Shown in pieces: positions 1 to 14,200 of a stretch of DNA of 64,000 bases. How positions within the stretch are numbered: the first letter of the stretch is position 1; each line of letters begins with the position of its first letter. The position numbers and the translations under genes are program-made. The notes below the pieces were generated by a model. The model worked only from the letters and a program-made list of their open reading frames with translations, had not been told where the DNA came from and did no database searches. The DNA is from Balanoglossus misakiensis. Taxonomy: Eukaryota > Animalia > Hemichordata. The stretch covers positions 11,670,909 through 11,734,908 of the forward strand of contig CM082580.2 in assembly GCA_040954595.2 (NCBI GenBank), given 5' to 3'.

Positions 1-174
1 TTGTTATACCTGAAGAAAAAAAGCCATTCTCACACTTTAACAATAGTTGCTTGGCAACCAAAACATTGGGAATGGAGGAAGAGGAAGTCAGAAGTCACAA
101 CATCAGCTCTTGGACACAACAGATCCCAATGAGTGACTAAATATTTCTTTTGGTCATTTCCGTTGATTTTCCAG

Positions 175-3100
175 ATCTCGAGGGAGAATACAGCTTTCTG
201 ACCTCAGGCAAGCAAGACAAGACGCTGAAGACGATAGTCGATGTTGATTTTGACATTGAGAAAGATCATCGGCCGAAAAGATTCAAACGTGGAGCGGATG
301 ATGAAGTGCCACCAACACCGGATGAACTTTTTGAATTTCTGGTATGGTATAGCTGATAACTAACATTAACAATAGGGCATTTTTGCATAAAAGAAAATAG
401 AGCAGACACTGTGTAGAATGGATGCCCCAAAGTCCAGTCTCCATCTAGGCATTAGGTGCCATATTCTCTGTTGATTATACCGATTAACATGGTTCGTACT
501 ATATATAAATTGCCATTACATGTACTGGTAGGTCATGACAAACTAGACCATGACGTGGTTATTTGATATATCCTTCTTCATGTGTACATTTTTATCCACA
601 TGTTTTCCTATTATACCAGGACCATCACAAATACTACACATCAAAGTTCCTGTCAAGTGCTGATGATCTGTGGGTTGACTTAGACCAAAGGGGTTCTGAG
701 CATGGTAAATTATCTGACAGGCATCTAACAGCAGTGGTAAGTATGTGTTCTCAACAGATATGTTCCCTGGTTTCCCTATTTTTTTTTTTTTTTTTTATCA
801 GTGGGTTTATCACAGCTTTCTGAATGAACAAATGCTATCATCATGCCTAAAATATGCAAGCTGGATTATTCTATTCACAACCAGTACTTTCAAAGCTGAC
901 AGATATAGTCTCACCAAACATGGCTTAAAATCTTGAGGCTCCGAGCTCAATCCCTGCAAAGCCACATATGTGAGTGTGGCTGTATAAGATTTCTTGGTAA
1001 GCTCATTATAGGCATCCTTCACTGTCATCCATAGAAGTCATTACGTCGTGGCAGTCAGGATGAGACTTCAGACCACAGTCATTATTATTTTGTATGTCTG
1101 ATCAATACAAGCAGTCTGAATACATATACATGTATGTGCTTCCAAATGACAAAAGAACATGTATGGAAATTTAATTTATGAAAGCAGAACAATGGGATGG
1201 GTCTGTTTCTGACAGCTGGGATGTACATGGCTGTATTGAAAGTTATAAAATGCAAAAAACAGGTTGATTGTTTTTGTTGTTGATGGCAAATTGAAATAAT
1301 CAGGCAAGATTATATCTTTATGATAAATCACCAAGCCATAATGCCACTTATACGTGATGACACATTAAAATGGGAAAATGATGATTGCGTTTCAATTACT
1401 TAGGATTGTTTGTGAGAGCCATTAAACTGGTGAGATTTTTTTTTCTTGTTCAAAATACTCCCTAGGGAGCCTTGAGCAGACAGTATAATAAAGTAGAAAC
1501 AAAATTTCTGATCAGGCAATTTGCCTATTTGCCATTATTCTCTATGGAGGAGTCCAAGCCTGTCTCAACTTGCTCTAGTGTCATGTTATATATGTCAAAT
1601 GAAAATGATAAATTGTTAGAGCCCTGAGGTTGATAATATGATAAATTACCTCTTCTGTGTGCGGGTACTGGACATGGCAACCAAGCCTGAAAGTCAAAAA
1701 CACAGTAAATTTATCCATTTTCTAAATTCAAAATCACTTTCAGTGTGCAAATATCTCCGTAATTTAATTGTGGATCACTTATGGATGTTTGAATATTGCA
1801 AGAGACAGAATGTAGTAATGGTTCATTAGACATGTGGATATTAACACATCACTGCACAAACTGCAGGTATAGTAAAAGAAATCCAGCCAAACCTTGTTGT
1901 CTTGATTCTACAGAGTGAAGTTGCAATAGTCTCTGTGAAACAATCATTACCACTTCTGTCTGTTTTGATATCAACTTTTAATCAGAAAATAGATGTAGCA
2001 TGAATGAAATGTTCAACTTCCAATCATTACAGCTGAACAAGGCGTCTTAATGAAGCTGTTAAATCAGATGATTTAATTAATTGGCGAGAATTGATTCCTC
2101 AGTCACAAGCAGATTACAAATCAATAGCGTGGTGGCATACAAAATAATTGTGCTTTCATTTTTCACAGTGGAACTGTATCCATTGGCAGTGCTTGTGATA
2201 ATTGAATGGAAAACCTGACTGCATATGATTAAACCCAGGGATATGCGCTACAATGTGATGGTAGTGTTTTGGCCATGACACACAGAGAGTGTTACTGACC
2301 TGTTAGAGAAAGAGACCAATTTACTTGCATAGGCAGCATCTAGAGCATGCAAAGCCCGATGTTTTCCACTACAGTAACCTTGCAGAATGCACTCTGGGCT
2401 ATACACGCACCCAATTAACTCTACAAGAGTTTTATCAGCAGGATCAAAATTCAGCCATGCCAGTGCAAACAACACCAGAAATTCACAGTTTAGTGATGAT
2501 CGACTGCCTAACCATGAACAGAAATATAACCTTGACACAATAATATGACAGAGATTATCTATTATTTTCTGCAACAAAGAAAATTTTCCAGCACCAGGAA
2601 AATGATAGTATTTCAGTGCCTTTTTTTTCAGCTGAAATGTACAAAATTGAAGGGTCAGTTTCATCGTCATGACCAAATAAGGATGCACATAAATTTTGTT
2701 TTCTGGATAAATTTTGATGTTCTACAGAATAGTTTATTTCCTTTTTTGTCCATAGTGTTGACGATTTCTTAGATTTTTAAGAGGATGGATTTTGTGGAAA
2801 ATCTTTATACTGCAGAAATTAGCATGCTTCATTTTTCTTGGCTTGGCTACCGCTCTGCTCTTAGTTGCCATGGAAACCAGTCGTAGGCATGTTTCAAGGA
2901 GATAGCAGTCAATTTTTAAATAGCAATAGAATTGAGGAGAGGAATCCTTGTGGCATTTGATACTTTTGCGTCACTGAAGCGTAATACACAGACTGTGCAG
3001 ACCCAGACGATGATTTACGCTGATGCAGTCACTGATTGTTACTATGGGAGTTGATATTACAGATGAGATGGTGGCCAGCACCCCTGGGTTTTGCAAGAAT

Positions 3101-6100
3101 TGCTGTGTTGACATACTGAAATGCGACTTGACACTTCAAGACTAATATATTCACAGTGAACTGTCTTCAGATGGGAAGTAAAAATCTTCCCTTCTATTGT
3201 AGAGCCTTCCATTAGGGTTGTTATGAGGATGGAGTTTCAGATTCAGTTAAAATATTCATACAATGTTCCGTAATTATCGGAAGATTTTTTTTTTTTTTAG
3301 ATGGCATGCGATTTTGAACAATGATGAGTGCACGATCTTTATAAATTCTGCATTGTCCGCCTTATCTATAAAAGTCTCCAAGTTTTTCTGTGACTGAAAT
3401 ATTTATGTTATAAAATATTAATGTTACAGTAAAGTCAAAAGCAAATATGTGAAGTTTAATTTTATTGTGTTGTTTGAAATTGATATTCTCATATTGATAG
3501 TTAACCCTGCGAACCCTGACCCCCTCGTGACCTGTGATGTCATTTAAAAGATTTCATTTTAGTTGGGTTCAACTTCAGAGAGTTGAACTCATATCTGCTT
3601 AAAAATGAACTTCAAATCCATAGTCAGTAGACAGGCAAGTCAGCCTAGTGTAGGTGCGGTTTATTAAAGTGTGACGTTTCACTACGTGAAGGTGTATTTC
3701 ATGTGAAAACATCTGGTCCACACATTTTCACCCAGGTATTCAAACCCAGAATTAATCAAAATCCATGTTTGTTCAGTTCAAATTGCTTTCTTGGTTCAGT
3801 TTTATGAGATTTTATTTTTTTCAATGGATAAATTATTCGTACTTCAGGAAAATTTTCTCCAAATTATTAAACTTTTATGATCAGAGATATGAGCTGCTCT
3901 TGATTTTGTGCAGGAGCAATGTACAAAACAAGCTTTTTGATCAGTTTTTACCCCCAGGTCATAATCTTGATTTATGTGTGTTTACGCAAGGTGTAACCCT
4001 TATGGCTTTTGTGGTGAGCTATATTGAAGTCTTACGGCATTGTTGGAAAATGTATATGGATAAGGCTTGGTTTTGATATACAGAAGGTCTTAAAATTATT
4101 CTGCAGGAGAGGACGAATAAAGAAAGCAAGTTAATGAAAAAGAGACACACATACATGTACATGTATTCTTTATATGCATACAAAGTCTATTTCATGTTTC
4201 TTTTATTTTCTTTTAATAATATATTAATCATACTCACCACATTGTTGTCAAATGTTAAGGTCATTCATGACATTCTAATTTTATATTTCTTTCACAGTCA
4301 AGAGATCTGTCTTTTACATTCCCGTTTTATGGACACAATTTGACATCAGTTGTCATGGCAACAGGAGGTAAGTGTAGGCTTGTAAGAGCTTTTGTTATAC
4401 AAGTTGTTCTGTTAACATAGCAAGTTTTTTTCAACGAAATCCAATTAGTGGGGAGATTATTTAACCCTGGTTATGCGTCTATAGAATAGAAATTGGTGAA
4501 AGAACCCGTAGAACAAATCTGCATGTACATGTATTCTAAACTGTTTGGTGGACAAAGTGAGATTTCCATTAAAGAAAACTGAATAACTTCTCAATAAATG
4601 AAATTTAACCTGTTGAAATAAATTTCATTTACAGAGTTCCTATGTTTGAAGTCTCACAGAAATTGTTAGCTGTAATTTTAGTTTTATTCTTTCATACAGG
4701 ATCATATTATTCATGTTTATAGATTTCCACAGAAGGACTCGTATCATCATAACTTTTAATGGCTTGTGATAATATTGATAGCTGACAGATTTTATGTTCT
4801 GTCCTTAGGCAGCGTACGCAGCAAGCAACAACATTTTATTTCTTCTTCTTTTTCCACACAGGATTTTTGTACATGGGATCGTTCATGCATAAATGGCTGA
4901 CTGCGACACAGTACGTAGCACCGTTGATGGGAAACTTCAATCCAAGCGTTAATGACTCGTCCACGATCAGATTCCTCGATACAGGTTTGTGGGAGCACTC
5001 ATATGCCATAAAACACTTTCTGTGCGATGTGATGGTAACTATTAAAAATTATATAGTGGCAGATAGTTGCCCATAAACGGAATCTATAACAGTCATAAAG
5101 TTGCTTTTCAAAACTACTAAATTATACAAAGAAATGTATCTCACAGTTTTCATACAGCACATCCTTATTTCGTAAATTCAAAATTTTCATGTGTTGTGAA
5201 ATAATAAAAAGGTATCAGTTTCTTCCAAATTAAACACAATTTTAACCAGCAGATTGAATATTCTTGTTACAGGATCAAGTTTCACATGTGAATGGAATAA
5301 AGTTCAACTTGATGACCAAACAGAAGGTAATTAGCATATTGAGGTTCATTTTGTTTGCATCAGTTTCTTGTACCAATGAGATTAGTGATGTTCTACAGAT
5401 GTTGTCAGAAAAAAAGTTCTGTCACGGACATTCACACCAAACACTTGTGTACATGACATGACAGAATAAACCCAAATGACATGATAGCAAACATGCCACA
5501 CGAGCAGCATTTGCATTCAAGTTCTCTATTTAATACATACTGCAATCACAAAAGGTCAGCAGATCTGCAGGCTTGCAGAACAAGATCAATATTTAACTTA
5601 TCCTTCCTGCGATATTGATATGTTGTTATTCCAACATAGGAGATGTTGTTCAGTGTTCATTACCAGTATTATGGATGTGTAGACCTACTAAGGCCTTCAC
5701 AAAAACAATCTGATGTGTACTTAAAAACAAGTTTTTGCTTTCCCCAATCTGCTCTTTTCCAGTGGGTACCTTCACCTTTCAAGTCACACTGAAGAAAAAT
5801 GGGAAAATAATTATGGCATACAGAGATGTAAGTGAAAAGATAAAATTAACCCCTGTTTCCGAATTAAAAGAAATGTCTGATCAAATATTTTTAATTCATT
5901 TTATCCATCATCCAGTTGGCCAATTAAGTCTGTTTACGGGATGAGCCGCCGCCCACTCACGGGTATAAGAGAGTGACGCAATGAGAAGTGTAGTGGTCAA
6001 GGATGGCAGGTCTCACACATAGTCTTGCTGTCACCATGGGAACATGTAACCATGGTTACTGCATCACCCTGCCTTCCTTGTTACGTGCATGAATACACAA

Positions 6101-8701
6101 TTCAGAGTCATTTGACAATGTCAGTCTGTTTCTGTCTCCTAGGTGCCGATTCCTGTCAGTCAAATTCGAACCAGAGCACATCCTGTCAAAGTTGGACTAG
6201 CTGATGCATTTTATGTGGATGAAAAACTCTATGGAAGTGAGTACATGCCTACATGTGTGTTGTATCCATGCCATGTTTCTGCTTTATTTGAGAAATGTAA
6301 GCTGACACCAAAACAGACTTTGCTGTTATGGATAGTTGTTCAATGAGCATGGTTTCAGTGAAAAGCAGTAAGCACAGATGCAATAAAATTTTATGATCTC
6401 ATTTGGAGACCTTATTTCATCTCTCGACTTTCTTTTGCAGATTATTACAGACGCACCATTTATGAGTATCATGACGTGGCTTTGAACAAGACTCTGGTAT
6501 CGCCAAGGTCAGCTTTCGTACTTGAACCTCTACCAAGTAAGTAACTTAAGTAAAACCCTAATTTAGGTATGCTCACATTTGATAAGGTCCCCTAATTCAA
6601 CCCTTTGATTGGCGAGATCTCCACTTACCATGGAAATTGTAGCTAAATTTTTGCGTAGGTGACCATACGTCAGATAGTGATGTTGATTAAATGCTAAATG
6701 GGATATGTAATATATTTCAGGTTAATACTCCAGACTTGCCTGTGGTTATTTGCGTTTGAAATAGCTAGTAATCCTTTCCTGCCAACATTAGGGAAATGCC
6801 TGTAGTGAACTTCTTCATATGTCTAAAAAGGGTTAATTAAATTGGTTTTACAAATCCAGTTATCTCAGCCATGTCTTCAGGCGACAGTGGGTCACATTGG
6901 AGACGTCTATGTTTTACATCTGATGAAAGTCTTGAAGTAGTGTCTAGTAATTGAATAAAGGTTTCCATTATCAAGAGAAAAGTCTCAGTGAAAAAAAATC
7001 TCTGAAATAAATACCACTTTGTCTAAAATTGGGCTTTACTCTTTACATTCTACGAATTCTGTCAAGTTAAGTATTTTGCTCTTGACATTTGAATTGCCAT
7101 GGTAACCATTTTACAGGGAGGCACTTACATGTTTCAAGACTCTGTGTTGAAGGAGCTATCACAGTTACAAGGACGCACGCAAAAAAAGATTGTCCAGAAA
7201 AGCATCGCGTAGCTAGGATATTCTAATCGAGATTCAATAGACAGTGTATGTGTACAGAATTCAATATGCTTTTCTTTGTCACACTCCTGGGGCAAATTGT
7301 TAATTTGTTTTCATCATTTTTGGAATGTGTGCCAGTGTGTCTAGTAGCTGAGTCTAGTGCAAAATATGCCATCAGTTCGTTCTGTGGATGCAGTGTGTGG
7401 CATTGTACATGCACTCTGTCGAAGTTGAGAGTGAAGATTGTTATTTACCTGTACCTAAACAGAGCTGTGTTTTAATAAAAATTTAGTAGAACAAAATAAA
7501 TTGAAAACAATCAGATTCTTATAGTAGTAATTTCATCAACATTATATTGGTGGTGATAGGAATCAAATGCAAATGAGGCAGATTTCCCTCCGTCATTCTT
7601 TGAAAATACATAACGAAAAACCTACAGCAATCAATACATGACGCCATTTTGATGGTATCTTGTATTCTCTCTCTTTTCTGGTTGGAAACAGCTTGTAATC
7701 AAATGCGTAGCTGTAATGCCTGTGTGGAAGCTGATATTGGATTCCAGTGCGGCTGGTGCCACAGTGTCACTAAATGCTCCAGTGGCTTTGACAGGCATCG
7801 ACAGGATTGGCTGGAGTCAGGCTGCGATGAGAGAGTAAGTAGCCACTTCTTATTAAAGGGCGACGATCGTCTTATGCGCAAAAGATCTGAAGATATACCT
7901 AATCAATATTTGACAATCCCTGGTCATTGCTTTTGCAGTGATTTGTTTTTGAAGTAACAAATGAAGAGACGTTTTTTTGTGTTTTACCTTCAGCTTGGTG
8001 AGGTGAGATGTAATGAAGTACAGCCGGAAAGTAGTAAAAGTAAGTATCATTTTCCCTGTCAGGTCACTGGACTTTGATAAGACAGATGGACCTATAGACA
8101 ACCGGGATGATGTTTCAGAGATCCACTGGGACTTCTGGAACTGTAAATTTCTCACTAAGTGTTTTGACTGATACTGATGAACATGTGTTTATCTTTTGTG
8201 GTCTATAGGTTCTTCAGGTCCAGCCATTGGTGTGGGTGCCATCCTCGCTATTGTCATTCTCATATTAGTGTTAACTGCACTTGGTGGAATTGTCATCTTT
8301 GCTTACATCAATCCAACCTCAAGACCAGGACTCTTCTTAATTTCAGTAAGTGAACAGAACATGCTAGAATTATACTTTTTAGGTCTGTATATATCTGTGT
8401 GTCTGTCCACATCAAAAACTTGGAAACCACCGCACATATCGCATTGATATTTTTACTAGAGATGTTGCAATCCTTGGTTAAGACATGGATTGTAGGTTTT
8501 TGTCCTGGTGCGTTTGAAGCTTACAAAGAGTCCAATGTTTTATTTCATTCCCAGTTGCGCTACTGCTGGAAGAAGGATACAAGCACGACTGCCGCCGACA
8601 ACTCGGATAAATATGCCGTGACCATGGACCAGGACAACCCGACCATAGAACCAACTGCACCACCTGTGCCCCAGCAGGAAGCAAATGTCTCTACTGCATA
8701 A
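175..8701 (+). CDS. PLXDC2: Plexin domain-containing protein (PLXDC1/2-like; NIDO-like region, PSI domain, TM helix); 5' exon(s) lie upstream of the window
   Basis: Phase-consistent GT-AG exons: 175-341, 620-736, 4298-4367, 4862-4984, 5273-5326, 5763-5827, 6143-6236, 6441-6536, 7692-7834, 7994-8039, 8209-8345, 8555-8701. Translated motifs typical of PLXDC: LSFTFPFYGH, ATQYVAPLMGNFNPS, FTFQVTL..NGKI..AYRD, HPVKVGLADAF, RRTIYEYH, PSI domain CNQMRSCNACVEADIGFQCGWCHSVTKCSSGFDRHRQDW, and hydrophobic TM segment VGAILAIVILILVLTALGGIVIFAY. Confidence 0.9.
3501..3572 (-). mobile_element. MITE family B degenerate copy
   Basis: TTAACCCTGCGAACCCTGACCCCCTCGTGACCTGTGA resembles the reverse complement of the 14326-14399 element. 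Confidence 0.4.
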
Positions 8702-8800
8702 CCTGTTCAACAAGGTGTCACATAGTATACAGTACAGTAATCCTGTCTAAACTGGATACCAGAGGGAATGAGTAAAAAAATTCAGTGATCTGGAGGCTTT

Positions 8801-8893
8801 TTAGCCCTTTCACCAACATGGTTCTGTCCGAACTCATTGTTTTCTATGGTAAAGTTGGATCTCACTACAGGGAACTGGGGGTGAAAGGGTTAA
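8801..8893 (+). mobile_element. Short MITE family A, full copy (piggyBac-like ends), in the PLXDC 3'UTR region
   Basis: TTAG-CCCTTTCACC ... GGTGAAAGGG-TTAA: a perfect 10-bp terminal inverted repeat around an 85-bp body. Homologous partial copies occur elsewhere in the window. Confidence 0.7.
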
Positions 8894-10837
8894 ACATAAT
8901 GTCTTATGAAAATGGATTGGAAAAGATGTGTTGTGGTTTAGACAAGTTTTGTTGTATTTTCCGATGGCTATTCAGAATTCACAGGGTAAAGTATAACCTG
9001 CCCCTTTTTATGAAAACAGAGCCTTTAGATTCCGGCATATGCTGAGATTGGATAATTTTTTCTCTCTCTTAGGATCGTTCTTAAACAGAGCATAGCATAT
9101 GCAATAGTCCCTACATTAGAATATGAGTAATAATTAACGAAGGGAAGGTAAGGTATGCAATTTGCCTTCAGTCAGGTGACAGAACTCTCTTGGAGTGAAA
9201 TAACGCCCCCTAGTGTCGAATTCATAGGTTTTGTTTTTAATGCAAAATTTGTTTACTTTGTTTTACTTTTTTATTCAAATGAGTTAAGCATAAGATTTGT
9301 TTTCATTATATAAAGACAGTCAATCACGTTACATTTACAGTGATGTTAACCATGACTATTCTGCTGTAATATTGCTGGTCAACTATGAAATGAAAATCAA
9401 AGTGATATGATGATCTCAGAAACTGGTGGTTTGAGCCATAGAGAAATTTCATCTGCAAAACTAAAAGTACAAGTGAAGTATATATGGTAATTTTTTTATA
9501 TACGGCAATTGTGAATTTATATTCCCACTGATTGCATCAGCATTTTTTGCAATGAAATTTAATAGAATACAAAAATACGAACATTAGTTACATAATGTTA
9601 TTAGCAAAGCTGATATGCTTTTCTGAGCGAAATGATCATCTTTTCACCAAACATTACCAAGCTCTGTTGCTGACTGGGTGTATTTACTTTTTATTTGATC
9701 ATTCTATATCGAATGTATATATCACAACGGTTTATATTTTCATGTATTGTAGACTAGATCATGTGGCTTTCGGGTTGACTCACAGTTGTACATAGGCTGG
9801 TTAAATTTGGTAATTTGCTGGGCATACTGGTCATCATCTGGAGTTTCAAGTTGAGATGAAGATCTAGTATATTTATTTTTGGCAGGAAAGAGACATCATG
9901 GACTGTCTCCAGTTTGTTATATACTTAGTGCATTTCTTATCTGATTTATATATCGTTTGTAAGTATTCAGTTTGCAACATATTTGTTTACATGTTTTGTA
10001 CACATGTTTTGTCATATTTTTTCAAACCAGGATACACTTCAGAAATTAATACTTTCAGAAACACCTCAAACTATGAACTTTACAGAGTTACATCACGATA
10101 GAATTTGTTCCAATACAGGCACTTGGCAAACACTGCTTCGGGACCAGTTTTTGATAGAGAGAGAGAGAGAAAAAAATACCTTGACTTGCGCCATATCATG
10201 CAACTGCAAAGTGCCTTTACTTACAGCCCTGTGTTTGACTCTGTTTCTGTTGTACACACATGATGTAGAATATTGTGTTGGCAATAAATTTAGAACTTCA
10301 CAATAGCTTGCTGAGTAGCTAGGAAAGAGCTCTGAATAACATTTACACAGAAGCAAATTTTGACTTGATTAAAAGATGGCAGTTAAAATTCAAGTATGGT
10401 TCTTTTCATCTCTTGAAGGGTAGACTAAAGATATATTTTGTTAATTCAGAATCTGATAAAATTCAAAGAATGGCTTTGAAAAAAATGTCAGTTAAAATCT
10501 AGGATGGAAAAAATTTCAAGCAGTGATGAGAATCATATTTGTTTTTCTGCCTTTTATGTGTTTTTGAAGAAAAATGAAATCCCTTCTTTTAAAAAAAAAT
10601 ATTGTAAAATACCCTAATGTCTTTGAGCATATATTGTACAGTTTGATAATATGAGAATGCGAAAACTATCTGTAAAATTTTGGACAATTTTTTCATCAAC
10701 ACGAATGACTTTCTAACATTTGACAACTCTTGGGATTACAGTGAAGTAGTATTGTGTGTATATTTGGAGTATGAATATATATATTTCCAAGAAAAGGATG
10801 TTATTTAATATTATTTGTGTTAGATGCTCTTTAACTG

Positions 10838-10843
10838 AATAAA
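10838..10843 (+). terminator. Candidate polyadenylation signal of the PLXDC gene
   Basis: AATAAA followed by a GT/T-rich tract (tgtgtgtgtt), just before the TBC1D9 promoter region. Confidence 0.5.
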
Positions 10844-11099
10844 TTATCTTTGTGTGTGTTTCTATCAATTTGAGGATGTTGAAGTTTCTTTTTCATGTTT
10901 GTTAATGTTCAGGTGGTGCTGATGGATGGTATGGTTGTTTGATGGTATGGATGTAACAGTAGAATTTTCTCTGGTGGCACTGCCAGTATATTTTTCAACC
11001 TCTTCCGCCAACGGTGGTTCCAATAATTACTTTATTAACAAGACCTTTCGCGATTTTAAAGCCTGCGATTGATATATGATATCAGAAGATCGCCGCCAA

Positions 11100-11273
11100 C
11101 GGATGGCCAATCCTAGTCACTTCTCGCAGTAGTCTCGCAGAAAATTTGACCGAGATTAGATGAGATTTGGATTAAAATGGCTGCCACGATAGCAGAAAAT
11201 GAGTGAAGCCTTTCTCTCGACCGAATATTAACTCTCTGGTTGTCTTGGATAACACTTTGAGATATCACCAAGC
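11100..11273 (+). promoter_or_regulatory. Probable TBC1D9 promoter/5'UTR with a short uORF (11177-11206)
   Basis: Local CpG enrichment, a CCAAT box near 11107, tandem TCTCGC motifs at 11121-11140, and a YY1-like AAAATGGCTG whose ATG opens the uORF MAATIAENE*. Confidence 0.45.
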
Positions 11274-14200
11274 ATGTGGGTGAAGCCAGACGAAATCCTT
11301 CTTGCGAATGCCCTATGGTAGGTTGTGTTTACTTACAAATGCCACGTCTGTCTCATTATGCAACTACATGTATCGCCGAATTTATTCTGGAAAAAAACAA
11401 CACAGACTGACACGACCGTACGGTGACAGCTGACATGCATTCCGTGGTCAGCAATTATCTTGATTGCTCATGATTTGTGGCATTTCTGATCTGCGATTCT
11501 TCGTATACAGAGAACACTGCCACCGAATGTTATTGACAAAACGGTCCATCCACGTCAGCTTTCCCGTTCACTGTCGTACACCGGAAGAAAGTGTTTTGTT
11601 TACCTCAAAGTGATCCCCAGAACCGAGGTCACGTGTACGTTTGTTTGTAAACAAAAGGCACATTTTTTTTTACGTGAAAATGAAATTAGCGGGTACCGTG
11701 TATATTTATTGTACCGGTGATTCTGATTTGATTAAATATTAATTTGCAACTGGCTTCGCGTTTGCAAGTTGATTTGATGGTGCAATAGACATTTTAATTT
11801 TGCTTCTGGTATGTCATTGCCAATGACGTTTTGCCTGCACATAGGACATTGGAACAACATGTACATGTAGTAAAAATACAATGCATTTCGTTTAAAAATA
11901 AATTCAATTCAAATACATGTATAAAATAGTACTGACAGTGTGACCTTGAGTCCTACATGTAAATATCAAAAATAGGACATAGGGTTCAGCTGTTCTCTCC
12001 AGAGCAATTAAGTATGGTGGCTTTAATTTTGGCAAAAAAGTAGAACTTCATTAACATATGATTAGTTATATTGTCGTTTAATATATTAGTCTCCATTCTA
12101 TCATAAAATTCCTGGTTAGAACTGAGCAGTATGGGTTCATCATACATTGCTGGATTTTGCCATGCTCATGTTTCATTGCCATTGAAACTAATATGAAGAG
12201 ACACAGCTTGGGCCAGTTTAAGTTTCACTGTCCTTGTAAGCAGCCATCGCATGATTTATGTTGCCATATGTATAATGTTCAATGTACATGTATATACAAT
12301 TGTATGTACCGGTGGGAGCTTATTGGATCAGTTGGCATCTGTCCACAGCAAAAACTCAAGCAGTATCATAATCACATCTGGTTGGTATATTATCGTGTGA
12401 TCAATTTGTTCTGTTGCCAGGGTGACAGAGAGGGCCAATCCATTCTTTGTCCTCCAGCGGCGGAAAGGTCATGGAGGTGGGGGTCTTGCTTCACTGCTTG
12501 TTGGTACGATAGACACTGTGCTGGATACAAAACCACCACCCTACAGAATTCTTCATCAAACCCCATCTTCAGAAGTATATTGGAGTAAGTAATTATCCAT
12601 GCTTTGCCATCTACTTTACTCTGAGTCATTTATCACTAGTTACACATAATTGCTATTGATATCAATTCCCACTGGATAATACAAATAATTCTGATCACAA
12701 TTTTCAATTCAGTGACAGTATATTTTCAATTTCCGTATGGAACACAAACAATTATTCTAATCACAATTGATGATTCAGTATTTTTTCAGTTCCCTTTATT
12801 TGATACATTGATAAATGATGTCTTGTGTGTGTGCTTTTTGTCCTCCATAGCTGTAGCTACTTCACTTCATAAGAGGGACATTCTTCGTCACTGGGAATGG
12901 CTAGAACAAAATGTGATGGAAATATTAGGTAAGTTTACTGGTATGTTTCAATGTTGTGTTATTTTATACACAAAATTGAAAACAATTATTATCTACATCT
13001 GTAAAATTAACCAAATTTTTCTGACACTTTCTCTGTTCAGGTGCATTTGAAGATGAAGATGATGCCACTGAATTTGTCAAGTGTAAAATCGAGAGTTTGA
13101 TTGCAAATACAGTTGTGCCTGAAGAAAACAAAGAAGGTACGGCGCAGGGTCGATGTACTGTGTCTAATCGTTGCTTGCATGAACAATTGTTGTGAATCAA
13201 AGATAAAGTCAGTATGGCAGACACTCTTTTTGTTGACTTTGTAGAAGTATGCAGTGAACTACGTACAAACTTCCTTTCGAGTCAATGATTGTGATTCTTA
13301 CAACTTTCAGATGAAGACACTAAGAAATTCAAGTCTGCCACTGTGAAATGGAAGAGACTGTTTGCTTTGCCAGAAGAGGAGAAATTGGTCAATTGTAAGT
13401 CTGTAGTTCTGAACAAACTCATTAATGATTACGGTTTGAAAAACATGACATCTGACCAAATAATCCCTCAAGGTAAAAAAACAACACATACATGTACTGC
13501 AGAATCAGGGTTGCATGCATATATACTTCATATGCTGTAAAGGACAAATAGATAGAGTCACTTGTACACCTTTTATTTTCTAGATTACTCGTGCAGCTAT
13601 TGGAAAGGCAAAATGCCAAGACAAGGATGGATGTACCTGAGTGTCAATCATCTCTGTTTCTATTCATTCTTGATGGGAACTGAAGCCAGATTGGTCATCA
13701 GGTGGATTGATGTCACAGTAAGTGCCCTGTACCATGAATGAAATATCCACTGCATTTACATATGATTTACATGCACCAATTTGATTGGTTCAATTGTTGT
13801 ACATTGTGGCAATATTTTTTTTTCAGCATTTGGAGAGAAGTAACAGCATGATATTCCCAGAGAGCATCAAGGTCTCTACCAGAGAGAGCAGTCACTATTT
13901 TGCAATGTTCATCCATCCATATGAAACGTTCAATCTGATGGAACAACTTGCAAACCTGGCCATGAAGCAGTTACTGTCAGAAGAAGGATTTCAAGAAGAC
14001 AGATCCTTACCAGCTAGATCTGAAGTTAGGTAAGTGAGCTGCTCATCTCACTTTATGCTAATAATGCATCTCAGCATATATCATCATATGAAAGCATTCC
14101 TATAAGATAACAGATAAAATATAACAGCATCCTATCGGAGCACCTATGCCATTGACACTATAATCCGCACCTATTGATGTATCGTTTCATCTAGGAGCAA

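Noticed and set aside
2248-2772. 146-aa and overlapping ORFs in the long PLXDC intron (possible nested gene)
   Set aside because: No recognisable domain and no phase-consistent splice partners.
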